NCBI GenBank assembly: GCA_050575255.1
Contig: JBNZDD010013610.1
Location: 1,286,366-1,350,365, forward strand
DNA length: 64,000 bases
Source: Harriotta raleighana
Taxonomy: Eukaryota
Direction of reading: 5' to 3'
The translations under genes and the position numbers were made by a program. Under the pieces are notes generated by a model. That model saw only the letters and a program-made list of their open reading frames with translations. It was not told where the DNA came from and did no database searches. Shown here piece after piece: positions 24,851-37,480 of this stretch; position 1 is the stretch's first letter, and each line of letters opens with the position of its first letter.

Positions 24851-27161
24851 TTATTTTTGGAGGGGGGGCGCGGGTGGTGGTGGGACGGGGGGAGGGAGGT
24901 GGGGGAAGTGATACTGCAAATTTTATTTGTTTTCACTTTTTCTGCAGCACCATTTTCAACCCCCCACCCCCACACTACCCATATGCACATCACCCTCTTT
25001 TTTTTATTTCCATGACGCTTTATAATCATTAAACACAAAAAGCATCCTTGACAGAGGTTTACTGCTGAATTTTATGGAATGTGAAACGGTATTTATATCA
25101 ACAAAGGATGCTGAATCAAGGACACATTGCTCAATTTGTTTTTTTATTTGCAGCCGTAACTGAAACCCAACAATTGCATTGATGAATTAAACACATGAAT
25201 ACTGAAATTTCTTGCGTCAAAACTGATATTTTGATTCCTTGTTAAAATTCTAGCTCTTCAATTTAACTAAGCCAGTAATTGTATCCATTCCTGCCACTTA
25301 GTAATGAAAACAGCATGTTTATTACAATGAAACTTCTGATTATATAAATAATCACCCACCCCTCCCACCCCACCACCTTTCCCAAGCCGCACATGTACAT
25401 CTGCTCTGAAACGAGCAAAATTGAATCTTATCTTTGTTACCTTTTTTTTAGAAAAGTCTTATTGATTGTGTTTTAAGAAAGGACATTTGGATTTTGCAGT
25501 AAACAAAATCACGGTCAATAATTAGTATTCCGAACCAAGTACACTATATGTAAAAAGAAAGCTTTCTGTTTCATGGCTTTATCTCTCCATCTTGAATACA
25601 ATTTTTGCAACTGAAGTGGTTACAACCATATTCGCATATAAATGCAAAAGCTGTCTGTTGTCTTCCCTGGCGTTTTAACTTGCAGAAAGTCTGCTTCGCA
25701 ATGCATCCTAGGCTTTCAAGTTGTTGCGTGACTCCCTCCAGAAGAGGAAAAACCTCAGTCTACAGTGCCAATAAGGAAGAAAGGCAGAAAAGAGGATTAT
25801 TACTATTGATCCACCCAAGGGGATCATTAAACATCAGTATCAATCCACAAATCAGCAGTCTGTGGTAGTTGCTTGGGCAGTCATTGGCAATTTGTCCCTA
25901 TTAGATAGCCTAGCCTGAAGGTGTCGATGATGAGAGTGTGTCTTTATCAGAACTTTAATACTCACTTCAGATAATAATTTTACATTTTGTTTTTAATTTT
26001 GCTACTATTGGGACGTCAAAGCCCTTTTTGCCCTTTTCTTTCTTCCTTGGGGGAAAAAAAAGTTGCTGTTTTTTATTTAATGCATCCGAACAAGGTTAAG
26101 GGTCTTTTTAAAAACAATCTAAGTAAAAGTCAATAAAATTAATTGTAAAATAACCCCAACTTTTTACTTATTTTGTTGCTAAACCACAATTGATTGCCAC
26201 TGACCCGCTGTTTAAAGCAGTCCAAATTGCAGTCCTGCGAGGCGACAAAAGAATGCAACCCGTCGTTTGGGTTTAATATTTATGTGCAAAGCAAAATTGA
26301 GCTCTGATAACATCGGTAATTTACTGATCCAATAGCTGATATTGATCTTCAATAATCGTAAATCCATGCTTGTTATTCCTTAATACTCTTATTTTAGCCT
26401 TTTACACAGACAATATAGATGTTTAAAGTGAATGCCTCCTGTATTTAATTTCATTCAAATGTTTATTGTTTATTAGCTTAGTGTTAACCTTGGCAGCAAC
26501 TACCGAGACTCAGAACTGAAACTTGATGTGTGTATCTTTTCTTTTTCGTGGTTTGAAGGATGTGGAGATTTCCTGCGTAATTGCCGACTGATTACAAAGG
26601 TGGTAAAGATTGCTATGTATCCTATCCATTCTTAGTAAAATCTCATTGATTATCTGTTTGAGCTTTCTTAAGCGAATACACAGATTCAGCAGTTGATACC
26701 CGATGAGTGACTCACCTTTTCGCCCTCGACAATCAAAAAGTTTTTCCAAATGAATATTCATATTTAAAAAATTCCCCTATTGTACCTTCAGCGCAGTATT
26801 TAAATCAGAAGAAATCTCTCAGACACAACCTCTATTGTCTCTGAAGGCAAAGGATCTCTTTCCTCTTCACGATGTCAGCACCACACAGCAAAAAATAGCG
26901 AAAGTCATATGTACACAATCCTCATTATTTGGATAAAAGATTTGACAGCATCAGGTTAATTGAGGCCTAATCCTGGTCAAAGAGTTTCTTTCAATCTAAA
27001 TAGACTTTGGGTGAAAACTTTCAAATATTTTCTACCAAAATGCTTCATTTTAAAGAAAACCAACGAACAACTTAATCTTGCACATTTCTACATTTCAGTC
27101 TTTCAGGGTACCACAGAGTGTGAGAATAATGTTTTTACAAATTATTTCCCACTCCTCTCTG

Positions 27162-27238
27162 NNNNNCCCCCCCCCCCCCCGCCCCCCCCCCCCCCCCCCC
27201 CCCACACCCCCCCCCTCCCCCCCCCCCCCCCCCCCCCT
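27162..27238. other. Assembly gap (5 N) plus poly-C tract
   Basis: nnnnn at 27162-27166, followed by ~70 nt that are almost pure C. Confidence 0.95.
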
Positions 27239-27242
27239 GCCC

Positions 27243-27561
27243 GAGGCGTTTTTAACGTTGGTGCAATCATTGCAACGCACCGACGGGTCCCTCATATTGT
27301 GGGCCCCCAAAGTAATGCAAAAAATCATTGAAATGGGAGGATTTTAGTGTGTTGTGCTCTTGCCTTTTGTTAAATATAGCGAAAACCAGAGCTCTCCCCA
27401 GCCCGGTGGAGCAGGCGGTCCGCCTAAAAGAGGCATCGCACCCGCTGAAAGTAAATTTTTGTATAAATTAAAATTGCGCATGCGCACTTATTAAACTTAC
27501 TGTCAGTGACAGGCGCCCTAAGGAAATTGCACCGAGTAGTTTGAAGTCTTAAAAACGCCTC
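27243..27561. mobile_element. MITE / non-autonomous DNA transposon with perfect 13-bp TIRs
   Basis: gaggcgtttttaa (27243-27255) and ttaaaaacgcctc (27549-27561) are exact reverse complements. There is a subterminal ggtgcaat/attgcacc pair and a CpG-rich interior. No clear TSD, because the left flank is the poly-C/gap. Confidence 0.7.
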
Positions 27562-28695
27562 TGCTCCCCCCACTCCTCCCGGCCCCCAGGCCATTCCCCA
27601 CATAAATAAGTGTACAGGATAAAAATTAATCCTTAAAAAGTGGCGGAGAAGTACAGAAGAACATTATCGTAACAGCAAAATGGTAACTTGGACCTTTGAC
27701 GTAAAGCCAGTGTAAAATACCATGAGTGTCGTTGAGGATTCAATCGATGAAACTGAGACCGAATGCAGGAACGTGTGTGTAATGTAGAAAAATGAACCAA
27801 CAAAAGACATCACTCTACACTGCCTATATTTAGTGGTAAACTCAGTTTATCGCCCTGCTCTATAACCAATATTTTGCATTAAGTTTAATCTTTTGGCTAA
27901 TTTTCACTACAGTTCCCCATTATATTGTTGCCCCAAAGAAAGTGGCTTGATTTTTTTTTTCTTTTTTGCTTGATGTCTGCCAGGACAAACAAGTATTTTA
28001 ATAATATTCTATGTTGATGAAAATACAGATTTTCAGTTAATAATTTTGCTTGAAAATGTAGATGCTGGGTTTTGTTGCACGTGGCTGTGAATTCTCACTT
28101 GTTTTACGCAAACGTATAGTTTCCCTTGTATCTTTTAAGGGATTGTTTGAAGTGATCCTGCAGTGGGGCACACACATTGCAATTATTTGTTGTAATTCAT
28201 GTTCTTTAACACGGGGATTGGAACCATCGCAACATTTAATACAGGTCATTCACTGGAGTAGATACAATATTACTGCAAATTCAGGATGAAGTCAAAATGG
28301 GTAATAGAACATTGCCCTATAATGTGTGTTGCAGGAAGCATTACTAATGTGAAGGTATGGAGTAAATAACTGGTTCATTTTTGCAGAGCAATCTGGATGT
28401 CTGTTATAGAATTAATGCAAATAATTGCTTGAAAATAGGAGAAAGGAGAAATTGCCAGCAAGACTGAGCCTGGTCAAATTAACCTGAGGCTGCTGTCCTT
28501 TTGCACTATTTCAGCATACACCATTGCTATTCCTTTTTATTCCTCCTAAAAACTTACGTTTAAAATCTGTTTATCTGTTAACACTGGCAATTTTGTGCTT
28601 CTGAAATAAACCAACCTGACATCGGTCCCTTGACGACCTTTGTGTACCTCGTATCAATTAAACGAGATATTTCATTTGAATCTCTTAATGTTCAG

Positions 28696-28811
28696 GTACA
28701 GTTTCCCATCGACATTCTCCTGCCATAACTCGATATTTCATTCCATTATGTATCCGATCCAAACTTTCGCAAGTGGAAAGGCATCTTGAGCGTTTTGCAG
28801 ACTGCAGCAAG
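28696..28811 (+). other. Candidate 116-nt exon
   Basis: ttaatgttcag| ... gcagcaag|gtaact. Many CpGs are retained and one frame is open (xTVSHRHSPAITRYFIPLCIRSKLSQVERHLERFADCSK). Protein not recognised. Confidence 0.25.
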
Positions 28812-31800
28812 GTAACTAATCCACATTGCGCCCAGGTCTCATACTCAGGGGTTTTTATAATATTAATTGTAACCTACAAATTACTGACAAGATCAGAAGT
28901 AATTCCATAATGCTGTCAAAGGGCTTCATTTTATTCTGTAGATGATGGATGTAGCAGAAGAGACTTCCTGGATTATTAATGCATATTGTACTTTTAGAGT
29001 CTTATTAAGCTGCAGTGTATCTTGCTCACTGGAAGCCATTCTTGTTTCCACGGCCATGATTTCTGTGTTACCATGAAATAACATTGCAGGCCATTTCTAG
29101 ACTACAAAAAAAATCATACTACATAAAAATAACTGAAAGGAAATTAATACTGACTACTAGTCTGGCTCGGACAGCCCCAACTCAATATCTTCCAGATTTT
29201 TTTTCCTGAAACTTTTTTTTTGGCTTCCTTAGTTCTGGTATAATTATTTTACTCTGTTGACCCTAGGGTTTGCCATGGAAAGTGAAAGTAATATTTATAA
29301 AATGCTTTTATGCCTTGGGAAATTTGGATTTAATTACAACTCCAGCCCCGAATTTCAACACAAGAAATTCTGAAAATAAATCCACGTAACCATATTTCTC
29401 TCCTTCCACAGCCGTCCCCTCCTCTGCCCTTCCCTCCTATGTATGAATCCATGATCGTGAAATGTTGGTTTGTGCTAAATTTCTGTGGCTTGCAAATACC
29501 AATGTCAACCTATCTATAAATCAGTGACACATGCCTTGCTTTATATGCAGCATAAAGAGTAGCAAACTGGAAAATACAGGTATATCAACAGTATGCACTA
29601 TGTTCTATTCATAGCTGATGTTGAGTCTTTATCCTTGTATTGCTGCTACTGAAACTCTGCCCAAACAAAGCAATTGCATATATGCACATCAATATGGATT
29701 CTGCCGCACTGTGTTTTTCTGAAGCATCCAGGTTTTAAATAATGAGTTTTTGTTCTAATTTGAAACATCAGTACATGCAGGGTAACACCTGTAGGTGGCA
29801 ATACAAGCTTGCAGCCTATCACATCTCCTTTGTCAAGTCTTTTGATTTTTAAGGCTCTGTGTATCTCAGTATTGTGGAAAATGACAGTTTTTTTTAGACA
29901 AAGGATGTTTTTTTTTAACTGGAATATTCTGATTTGTTTTTAAAAAATTGGTTTCAAAGGCTTGTATAGGTAGTAGATTTTTTTTGTTGCTGGGGCGGAG
30001 GGCTTTATTTTAATTTCTAAGTTTGAATTTTGTGCTGGTGATGAACATAGAATTTTTTTAAATTTGGTATCTGACTTGTACAAACAAAGGAATAATGTTA
30101 CCATTATCACCAAAACATGGTTACGTTTTTTAGATACATACACTTGAAATCTTAAATGCGTGCATTATTCCAAATGCAGTACACTGACCGTTCCATAGTG
30201 CTCTGATTTTTGACAATAAACTTTGCCTAACACAATTTGTTTGTTGTAAGAGCTATGTTTTTTATATACACAAAAACATTGTTTTCATCATTTACAATTT
30301 CTGTTAAATTGTGAATGTTTGAGCAAGATTTCCTAGCTGATATGTATACATATGTTTGCTTTTAATTTCTTTTTATCTTTAACTCACATCAGTCAAAATA
30401 CTGTAGCTGACCTAGGAGTGAAATCCCTTTTACATCTGCTGTCTATTCTGTATTTTGTTGGCTAATATTGGACTTGGATGAGCAGTCCCCAAAGAGATCT
30501 ATTTCCCATATAAGAAACGAAACAAAGAAAAGCTCAGCTAATTTGTGATCTGGTAATTAAAGATAAAAAAAACCCTACCAAAATAAGCTCTAATTTTGCT
30601 GTACTGCCATTTAAAAAAAAATGTTGATTACTTCTGAATTAAGGGAGCTTTATTTTTTTTATTGCTCGTCTCCTTGACAACTATTGATGTCAGTTCAATT
30701 TTTGACATTTTCTCATTTGGTAAGATTTCAAAATTGCCATCATCCTGCCAATGTGTCACGAAAAAATCGTATGAAATATCTAATGGGTGTCTGCTCTGCT
30801 CCCCTTCACCCGTGGCATGCAAGACGAAACTGATGAAATGTGAAATGTATTCAGAGTGGTTTGAGACAACAGAGTGTCAATAACCCCTTTCGTCTTGTTA
30901 TGCTCAATGCAGAATACATGCTTGTCATGACACTTAGGTTTGTAGAATTCAGATTAACATTTGTCACATTCGCCCCTAATGTGCTGATTTATTCCTAAAT
31001 TAAGTCACTAAAAAATTTTGAAATATAAGGAACAGGGGGAGAGGGGGTTGGGGGGAAAGGAAATTAAAAAAACTAGGTTTCTTTCACAGCTGAGATGATT
31101 AATTTTTTTTATGCCTATGATTGAGGCTGTGTGTGTGTCCGTGTATGCATGCAAGTGACTTGGGTGAGGTCAGAAAAGCAGCTACCTTTTTCATTCATTG
31201 AAATAATACCATTTTATTCACTCCAACAATTTTTAGTCAAATGCTTTCTTTTACTTTTTAAAAAACACATACCCTGATGATCCTCATGTCAGAGTTTCTG
31301 CGATCGACCACTGTAGGCCGCATGTAACAGTAGGAATTGTCTTATTAAGGCAGCAATGATTTTTTTTCCAAAGGTTCCCCATGCCGTGCTTTCGTTCTGA
31401 ACTAAAAAAAACTGCCTTTACAAGCTATCTATGTCTGCACTGTTATATCTTAGATAACTTTGTGAACTTGGCTGCTCTCAAGGCCTTTCTTTATTCTGAA
31501 CATCAATTTGACGCATTTCAATTCGAGTAAAATATTAATAAAATAAGGTGGTGATTTCTGCCGCCTAATGTTAACCCTGAATTAATAATTGCACAATAGC
31601 AAATTTTATTTTTAAAATATACACCTCTGCTCTTATAAAAATACCAATGATATTTGCATCTTTGTTATTTGTTCTTTTGCAGAAGCTGTGCTGGTTTATT
31701 ATTCAAAAATATTTTGGTTTATTAAAATGTACAATGTGACGGTCATAAAGTGACACAAATAAATGAGAGACTTAAGTGATTTGCAGCAAGATGCAAAAAT

Positions 31801-34800
31801 TTTGATCCTGAAGACAGAGTTTCCTCATCATCTATCAATTCTGGTTTTGGTTCAGTCAGCCAGTCAATCAGTCAGTGAGTCAGTCTATGATTCTGCAGTT
31901 TGATTCACAATAGCTACGAGAATTTGAGACTGAATTACATAGTACAACAATATTTGAATGATACACTATTGGCAAAATATCTCTATGATGTTCATATGCA
32001 TTTTAACTAACGAACCCAGTGTATTTTACCAGTGTATTTTACCTGTTTCATATTCTAAAGGTATTTTCCAACATGAAATATGATTATCTATTTATTTTAC
32101 CAAATAGTCTTTTTAGCAATTTGTTGCCATTTGCCACTGTTAATATTATAAGTCGTATCACACTCTAATTGCACACATTTAGTAGTTTTAAATAAATCAG
32201 TTCAATATTCTAAGCATTAGTGAATGAACCTGTACTGTATGTTGCTGGTATGTGCTAGAAATGGCAAAAAAAGCTCCTGTTTTTTCTCTTGTTTTTGAAA
32301 TTGGTGTGAAAATTCTGCAAGGTAGAAATTATCCCCTCATTCATATAATAGTATATTTTTTAATGGAACCAGTTGGTGGGTTGTTGAAATGGGGAAGGAG
32401 AAGAAGGGGCTATGAGATAGCTGATGGAGGATTTGTCTTTGTCAACTATTGAATGAAATATTTTTTTAAATCCAAGGAAAAAATTGTCATTGCATGGTAT
32501 CATAAATGAGTGAGGGGGGAAGTGAGGGGGGCTGGTTCCGTGAGACCACAGATGCATAATACCTTCTAAAATATACCTTATTCATTTTTCTCTTTTGAAC
32601 TCAGTCAGGGGTATAATTGGAATCCAGACATCAAAGAATTCCACCACTGACTCCATTTTGTTTCTCATTGTGCCTTTTTCTCATTTTATAATTCTGCATT
32701 AATCGTATATTTGCTAGATTCGCCCCTTTTATTATTGCCAATTCATTTTGTTTAATGATTTCAAATATTTTATGTCACATAAACTGCGGCTGATAGAATG
32801 CAGGCAAGCTATACAGCGGTCTCCATATATTTATAGAGCCGTGTATTTGTATGTCTGTGTGTGTGTTTTTGAAGTCCTGTAACTGGAAGCTGTTTCAGAA
32901 ATGTAACCTTAGTTCAGTTCAGGAGAGCTTAATTTTATTTAAAGGTATTTATTTTACAGACTAAATTTAATAGCCATTTGATCATTAAAAATCAGCTTAG
33001 TAATAATTATAAAATATTCAATCAAATCATTGTTAATAATTGCAGCTTAATTAACCAGAATTACTTTGTGTATAACGGGGCATTGCATTTTTAATCTAAC
33101 AAATGATATGTAGCTTCTATTTTATAAATTTGCCTGTTAATTGGCCACTAATTTTTTCTTCTGTGAGAAAGGGCCTTTAACTCAAATTCAAAACACACTT
33201 TGTGTGGAACATTAACAAACTCCAAAATATATGTTGCCTTTATGCACAGAGTGTAAATATGAGCAGTCTGCATGTCATCTCTGTCTTTCTTCTAATTCCC
33301 TATGATCTAACAAATCTGTAGCCGTGAAATGCTTTCTTTATATTAAAGAAAACCTATATCATCAAGTAAAAAATTAAATATTCTATCCTATCTGAAAATA
33401 ATGTCCTCAGCAATATACTGTAACCAAACGCAGTACTCCTAATTTATTAAAGATAATCTGCCAAAACACATTCCTCACTTAGGCCTAGATTACACTATAT
33501 TTGCATGGAGAATAACATATTTGTGTCACTTGGGGCTATTTTGGGGACAGACAGTAACCAGCTACTTTTATCGTTCTTACAGTGAACAGAATTTGAACTT
33601 AATATTCCATGAAATAAGGCAACACCATCAAGTCATTGTAATCACTTCAGGTTAATAGAAGAAGTAAAATTGTCTTCCTCGCACACATTAGGGAGCAAGA
33701 CAGCATTATTAAAGTTTTGTGGACAGGCAGTTAAAATATATCCTCTGTGGCTGACGCAAGTCTTTTCAGTTTGGATGACAGCTTTTCAAATCTTAATAGG
33801 CTGCTCATTTTAGGTCTGAGAGTTTGCAGCACTTCTTTCGAATGTGGGCTGTAACACGAGGTAAAAACTGACATAACGAAGTGTCATGTATTGCAGAAAC
33901 CTTTATTCAGTAAGTGCCCCATGATAAATTGGTGTCAATAAGCAAACAATTAGTAATCGTTTGTGCTACCCTAAGGGCTGTTTTTTTTATGATTTGATTT
34001 TGAAACCCTCCTTTTCGGCTCTTATTAGTTACTGTATTATGCAAAATAAAAATGATGTACTGAAGCTCTGAATTTGTTATGTACGCACGATTTAAAAACA
34101 GCATAACATTTAAAACCTTCTGGTCCAAGACTTGAAACAACAAAAAAAAGCTAATATTTTTGAGCTCCACCTCAAATAAACAGCTTCTATCTTTAGGAAT
34201 GGTAAATTAAAGGCTTTGTGCTAATTAAACTATAGCAAATCACTATCAAGGATGTTCTAATCACATTATAGACTGTGTACGCTTAATGTGTGAATTAAGG
34301 GAAGATATTTAATTGCAAACTGCAGAAATTTTATTATACTCGAAAATAGGGTTTATGTTCATCTGTTTGTAATTCGTTCAGAATTTGAAAACAGGCAGCC
34401 TCATCGTAATTCTGCCTGATTCAAATCCTGGCCACAGTATATTTTTTTGTAAGCACATTTTGTCCTTTATTATTTACTTATTGTGCCCGTTTGTAACACC
34501 CAGCTGTGTATTTGCAGAGTGGCTTGACACACTGATCTGCTGTGGAAGGTTTGCATATGGTTTTACTCTTCTCTAAACCCACACAGATTACCTGCCTTCA
34601 ATATCCTTCCCTATCACAATGCTGTGTGAACACAGGATTAGGCAATGTACTGGTCTGAAGCATAACTATTGACCAATATTTTTGCTTAAAAACACTACAT
34701 CCCATTGCTTTATGTGTATTAAAAATAACTTTGGGGCAGAATAAATATTTGCTTTAATACAGAATGTCACGTTTCTGCTTCCTTCATCTTAACACTGGTG

Positions 34801-36045
34801 GACAGTGGTTAGATATTAATATGCAGATATACAACATGTACCTTTGAAGATCCCAATCAACCATATCAACATTGCGTGGCTTTGCCTCGTTCCTCAAACA
34901 CAATTTTTTTGTGGTTGTACATCACACGTCGCAAAAATTAATATTTGATCTCCTGAGAATCTGGTCTTCAAGCAAAATAAAGCCTTTGAGTGTACATACT
35001 TTGGCACAGCTGTGCAAGTGATGGTAATCTTAACACAGATCAGAAAAATAACAGGAAAAAATTACAACACAAATGTCAAGCAGGAAAATAGAAATGTTAT
35101 TGCTGTAAAATTAGACTGAAATTGTTCAGGCGAAAGGTTGCTTGACAAAAAAAAAGCATATCAGATTTGGTTAAGAAAACGCAACCCGTAGAAATAACAG
35201 AAAGATGTGAAGGCAAAGCCCCAACATCACATTGTAATGCAAACCTTCTGTGCATTTTATAAATGAAGTGAGACTTGACATTGGAGCGACTGAAAAATAT
35301 ACTTCATTCTGAAGGACTGAGGCCTGCTTGTGGGGACTGTGTTCACTCTGTTACACTAGTGATGCTACAATAGTCATGCTGTATTTACCTCAACTACCAC
35401 TCGTGGATAAGGAGGAGGGAGGATAGCCACAATTTAAACTGCAATTATTGAATCGGAATTCCTCTATAAATTGCTTATATTTTACCGCATCCCAACAATA
35501 TCGAATCCTGTTTGATTTAAGGTGCTTTTTGCCCCCCCAACATAGGAAAACGAAATTAAACCCTAAAAGTACCTTCTCATCTTTTCATCCTGAGCAGAGA
35601 GGAAAAATTGATAGCCGTCAGTTTGCTGGACTTACTGAGGACAGAGCCAGTGAGAAAACCAGACTGGCCCATCAAGTTACAGGTCAATGATGTTTAGCGC
35701 AGTTTATGATTAATACAAAATAAGCTGTGGTGAATTATGTAATTTAAATTGGAATTTACATTTCTAATGGCAATCTTCATCAATTCCATGAAGTGGAACT
35801 TTCTGCTGTTTTGACACTCAGTGAGAATATCTGTGCTCTGTCTGTGTGTTTTTTTTTCTCTCCTGTTAAACTAGTTATATTGTTGTGCTACCACCCCCCC
35901 CACACCCTCCCCCCACCCATAAAACAAAAGTATATTTAAAATGTGTAAAGCAAATTTATTTTAAGTTGCAACAATTGAAATAAGGAGCTGCCTTTAAACA
36001 AGGAAAATGTTCATTAAAATTATTGATAATAAAAATTAAATGGTC

Positions 36046-36232
36046 ATAATAATCCTTGCATTTGATATAGTGCCTTATCACTTCTTTGAAACGTCTCGAA
36101 GCGCTTCACAGAATATACCGTAAAGTGAACTAACTGTGTACTTTGTGGGCGAGACGCAGCAGCTAATTGTCCACAGCAGTGTGTGTCCAACAAACATTCA
36201 TGGATTGAGGCACCAAATTATTATTATTTTTT
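36046..36232 (-). mobile_element. Short-type SINE, 3' two-thirds
   Basis: ataataatccttgcatttgatatagtgccttatcacttctttgaaacgtctcgaagcgcttcacagaatataccgtaaagtg...caaacattcatggattgag. Confidence 0.9.
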
Positions 36233-37161
36233 GAGGTAATTATTATGAAGGGATCGTTCATATTGCCTTTGCAAATTGCTTTATTCATTATCTTTTGCCA
36301 GTTAGGGAAATGTGTATATAAAGCAAGTTTTTAAAAATAAAAAATAGCTTCCACATTGTCGCACTACACCTTTCAGCCTGTTTATGGTTTAATTCATAAT
36401 GCATTTTTTTTGGATCAGTAAATCATCTCTTTCGCTATAAACAGTTTCAAAAAAGAATAAATCCTGATTTTGTCCCACCCACCCCCCCAATATTCTTGCA
36501 ATAATGTCAATCAACAATGCATTGAATGTTTTATTTAATAGATTGATTATTTTATAGCTGGCCTTTCTTGGTCCCAAAAACACTTGAAAGAATAATGGTC
36601 TTTAGTGGTCTTGTTGTGGGACCTGAGGAAGTGACAGAAACATGAAATAATTTATATGTCACGCGCTCCTTCTATCTGTTTTATTTCCTGGTTTGTGGTT
36701 ACCAGCAGAACAGCATAAAATTCTTTCAGTATCTATTTGCGCTTTGGGCTATTGTTTAAATTAGCGAAATGTAAATTGATGGTTTACCATACAATGTCTA
36801 ATCATAATTTATTTATGAGACATGTCATACATTGTGAAGAAACAAGTGCCTGTAGAAATCCACACAGCAATACAGTGATTAGAAGCATGTACGTGGTTCC
36901 ATTTCCCCCACCCGCCCATGAAATCGCACACACACAGAAAAGTTGCAAGTGTTTAACTCAAACGCAGTGTTGCTTTAAAGATTTAGAATCTATTGATTCT
37001 GGCGTTCAAACATAATAGTGAATTAAATTAATAGGTAACGTGCCTCGTAACGTATTACGTGCTTTAAAAGTTATCACGAGCTTTACATCACAGTGCTGCA
37101 TCTCCGACGGCATGCCTGGCTCACTTTTAGGGGTATCTTTTTAATGTTGATCCAGCAGTAA

Positions 37162-37480
37162 GCTCCTGTAGCTCAGTGGTAGAGCACTTGTGTTACAAGC
37201 GAGAGATCTGAGTTCAATTTCAGGCAGAGCGAAATCTTGGTCAACTTTCCTTACTCCACATGCCTAAAAATAATCCCTCAAAAAAAATCAATAATACAAT
37301 TGGTCATTTCAATCCACGACTGTTTGTGGGAGCCTGCTGTGCACAATTGACTGTTGCGTTTCGCCCACATATGTCCAGTCAATTTACTTTACAGTGTATA
37401 TACACTGTGAAGCGCTTTGAGACATCTAGAAGACGTGAAAAACACTGAATCAAATGGAAGGATTAATGTTATTATTATTA
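37162..37480 (+). mobile_element. Full-length short-type tRNA-derived SINE
   Basis: Head gctcctgtagctcagtggtagagc (A box tagctcagtgg, 37169-37179), B box gagttcaattt (37210-37220), A-rich linker, core ctgctgtgcacaattgactg, L2-like tail gtgaagcgctttgagacatc...ggattaatgttattattatta. Confidence 0.9.

Noticed and set aside
26510-26761. Minus-strand 83-aa ORF, minus donor at ~26715, and + mini-exon 26559-26599
   Set aside because: No recognisable protein. The minus exon has stops in all frames, and the + mini-exon has a weak AAG acceptor and weak donor.
26960-27347. Poly-proline / poly-glycine ORFs
   Set aside because: Artefacts of the poly-C tract and the N gap.
35183-35192. miR-99/100-like aacccgtaga
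   Set aside because: Only the first 10 nt match; the rest diverges and I see no hairpin partner. No other familiar mature miRNA was recognised by eye.
37162-37235. tRNA gene
   Set aside because: It has A/B boxes but no acceptor-stem closure and continues directly into SINE body and tail; it is a SINE head.
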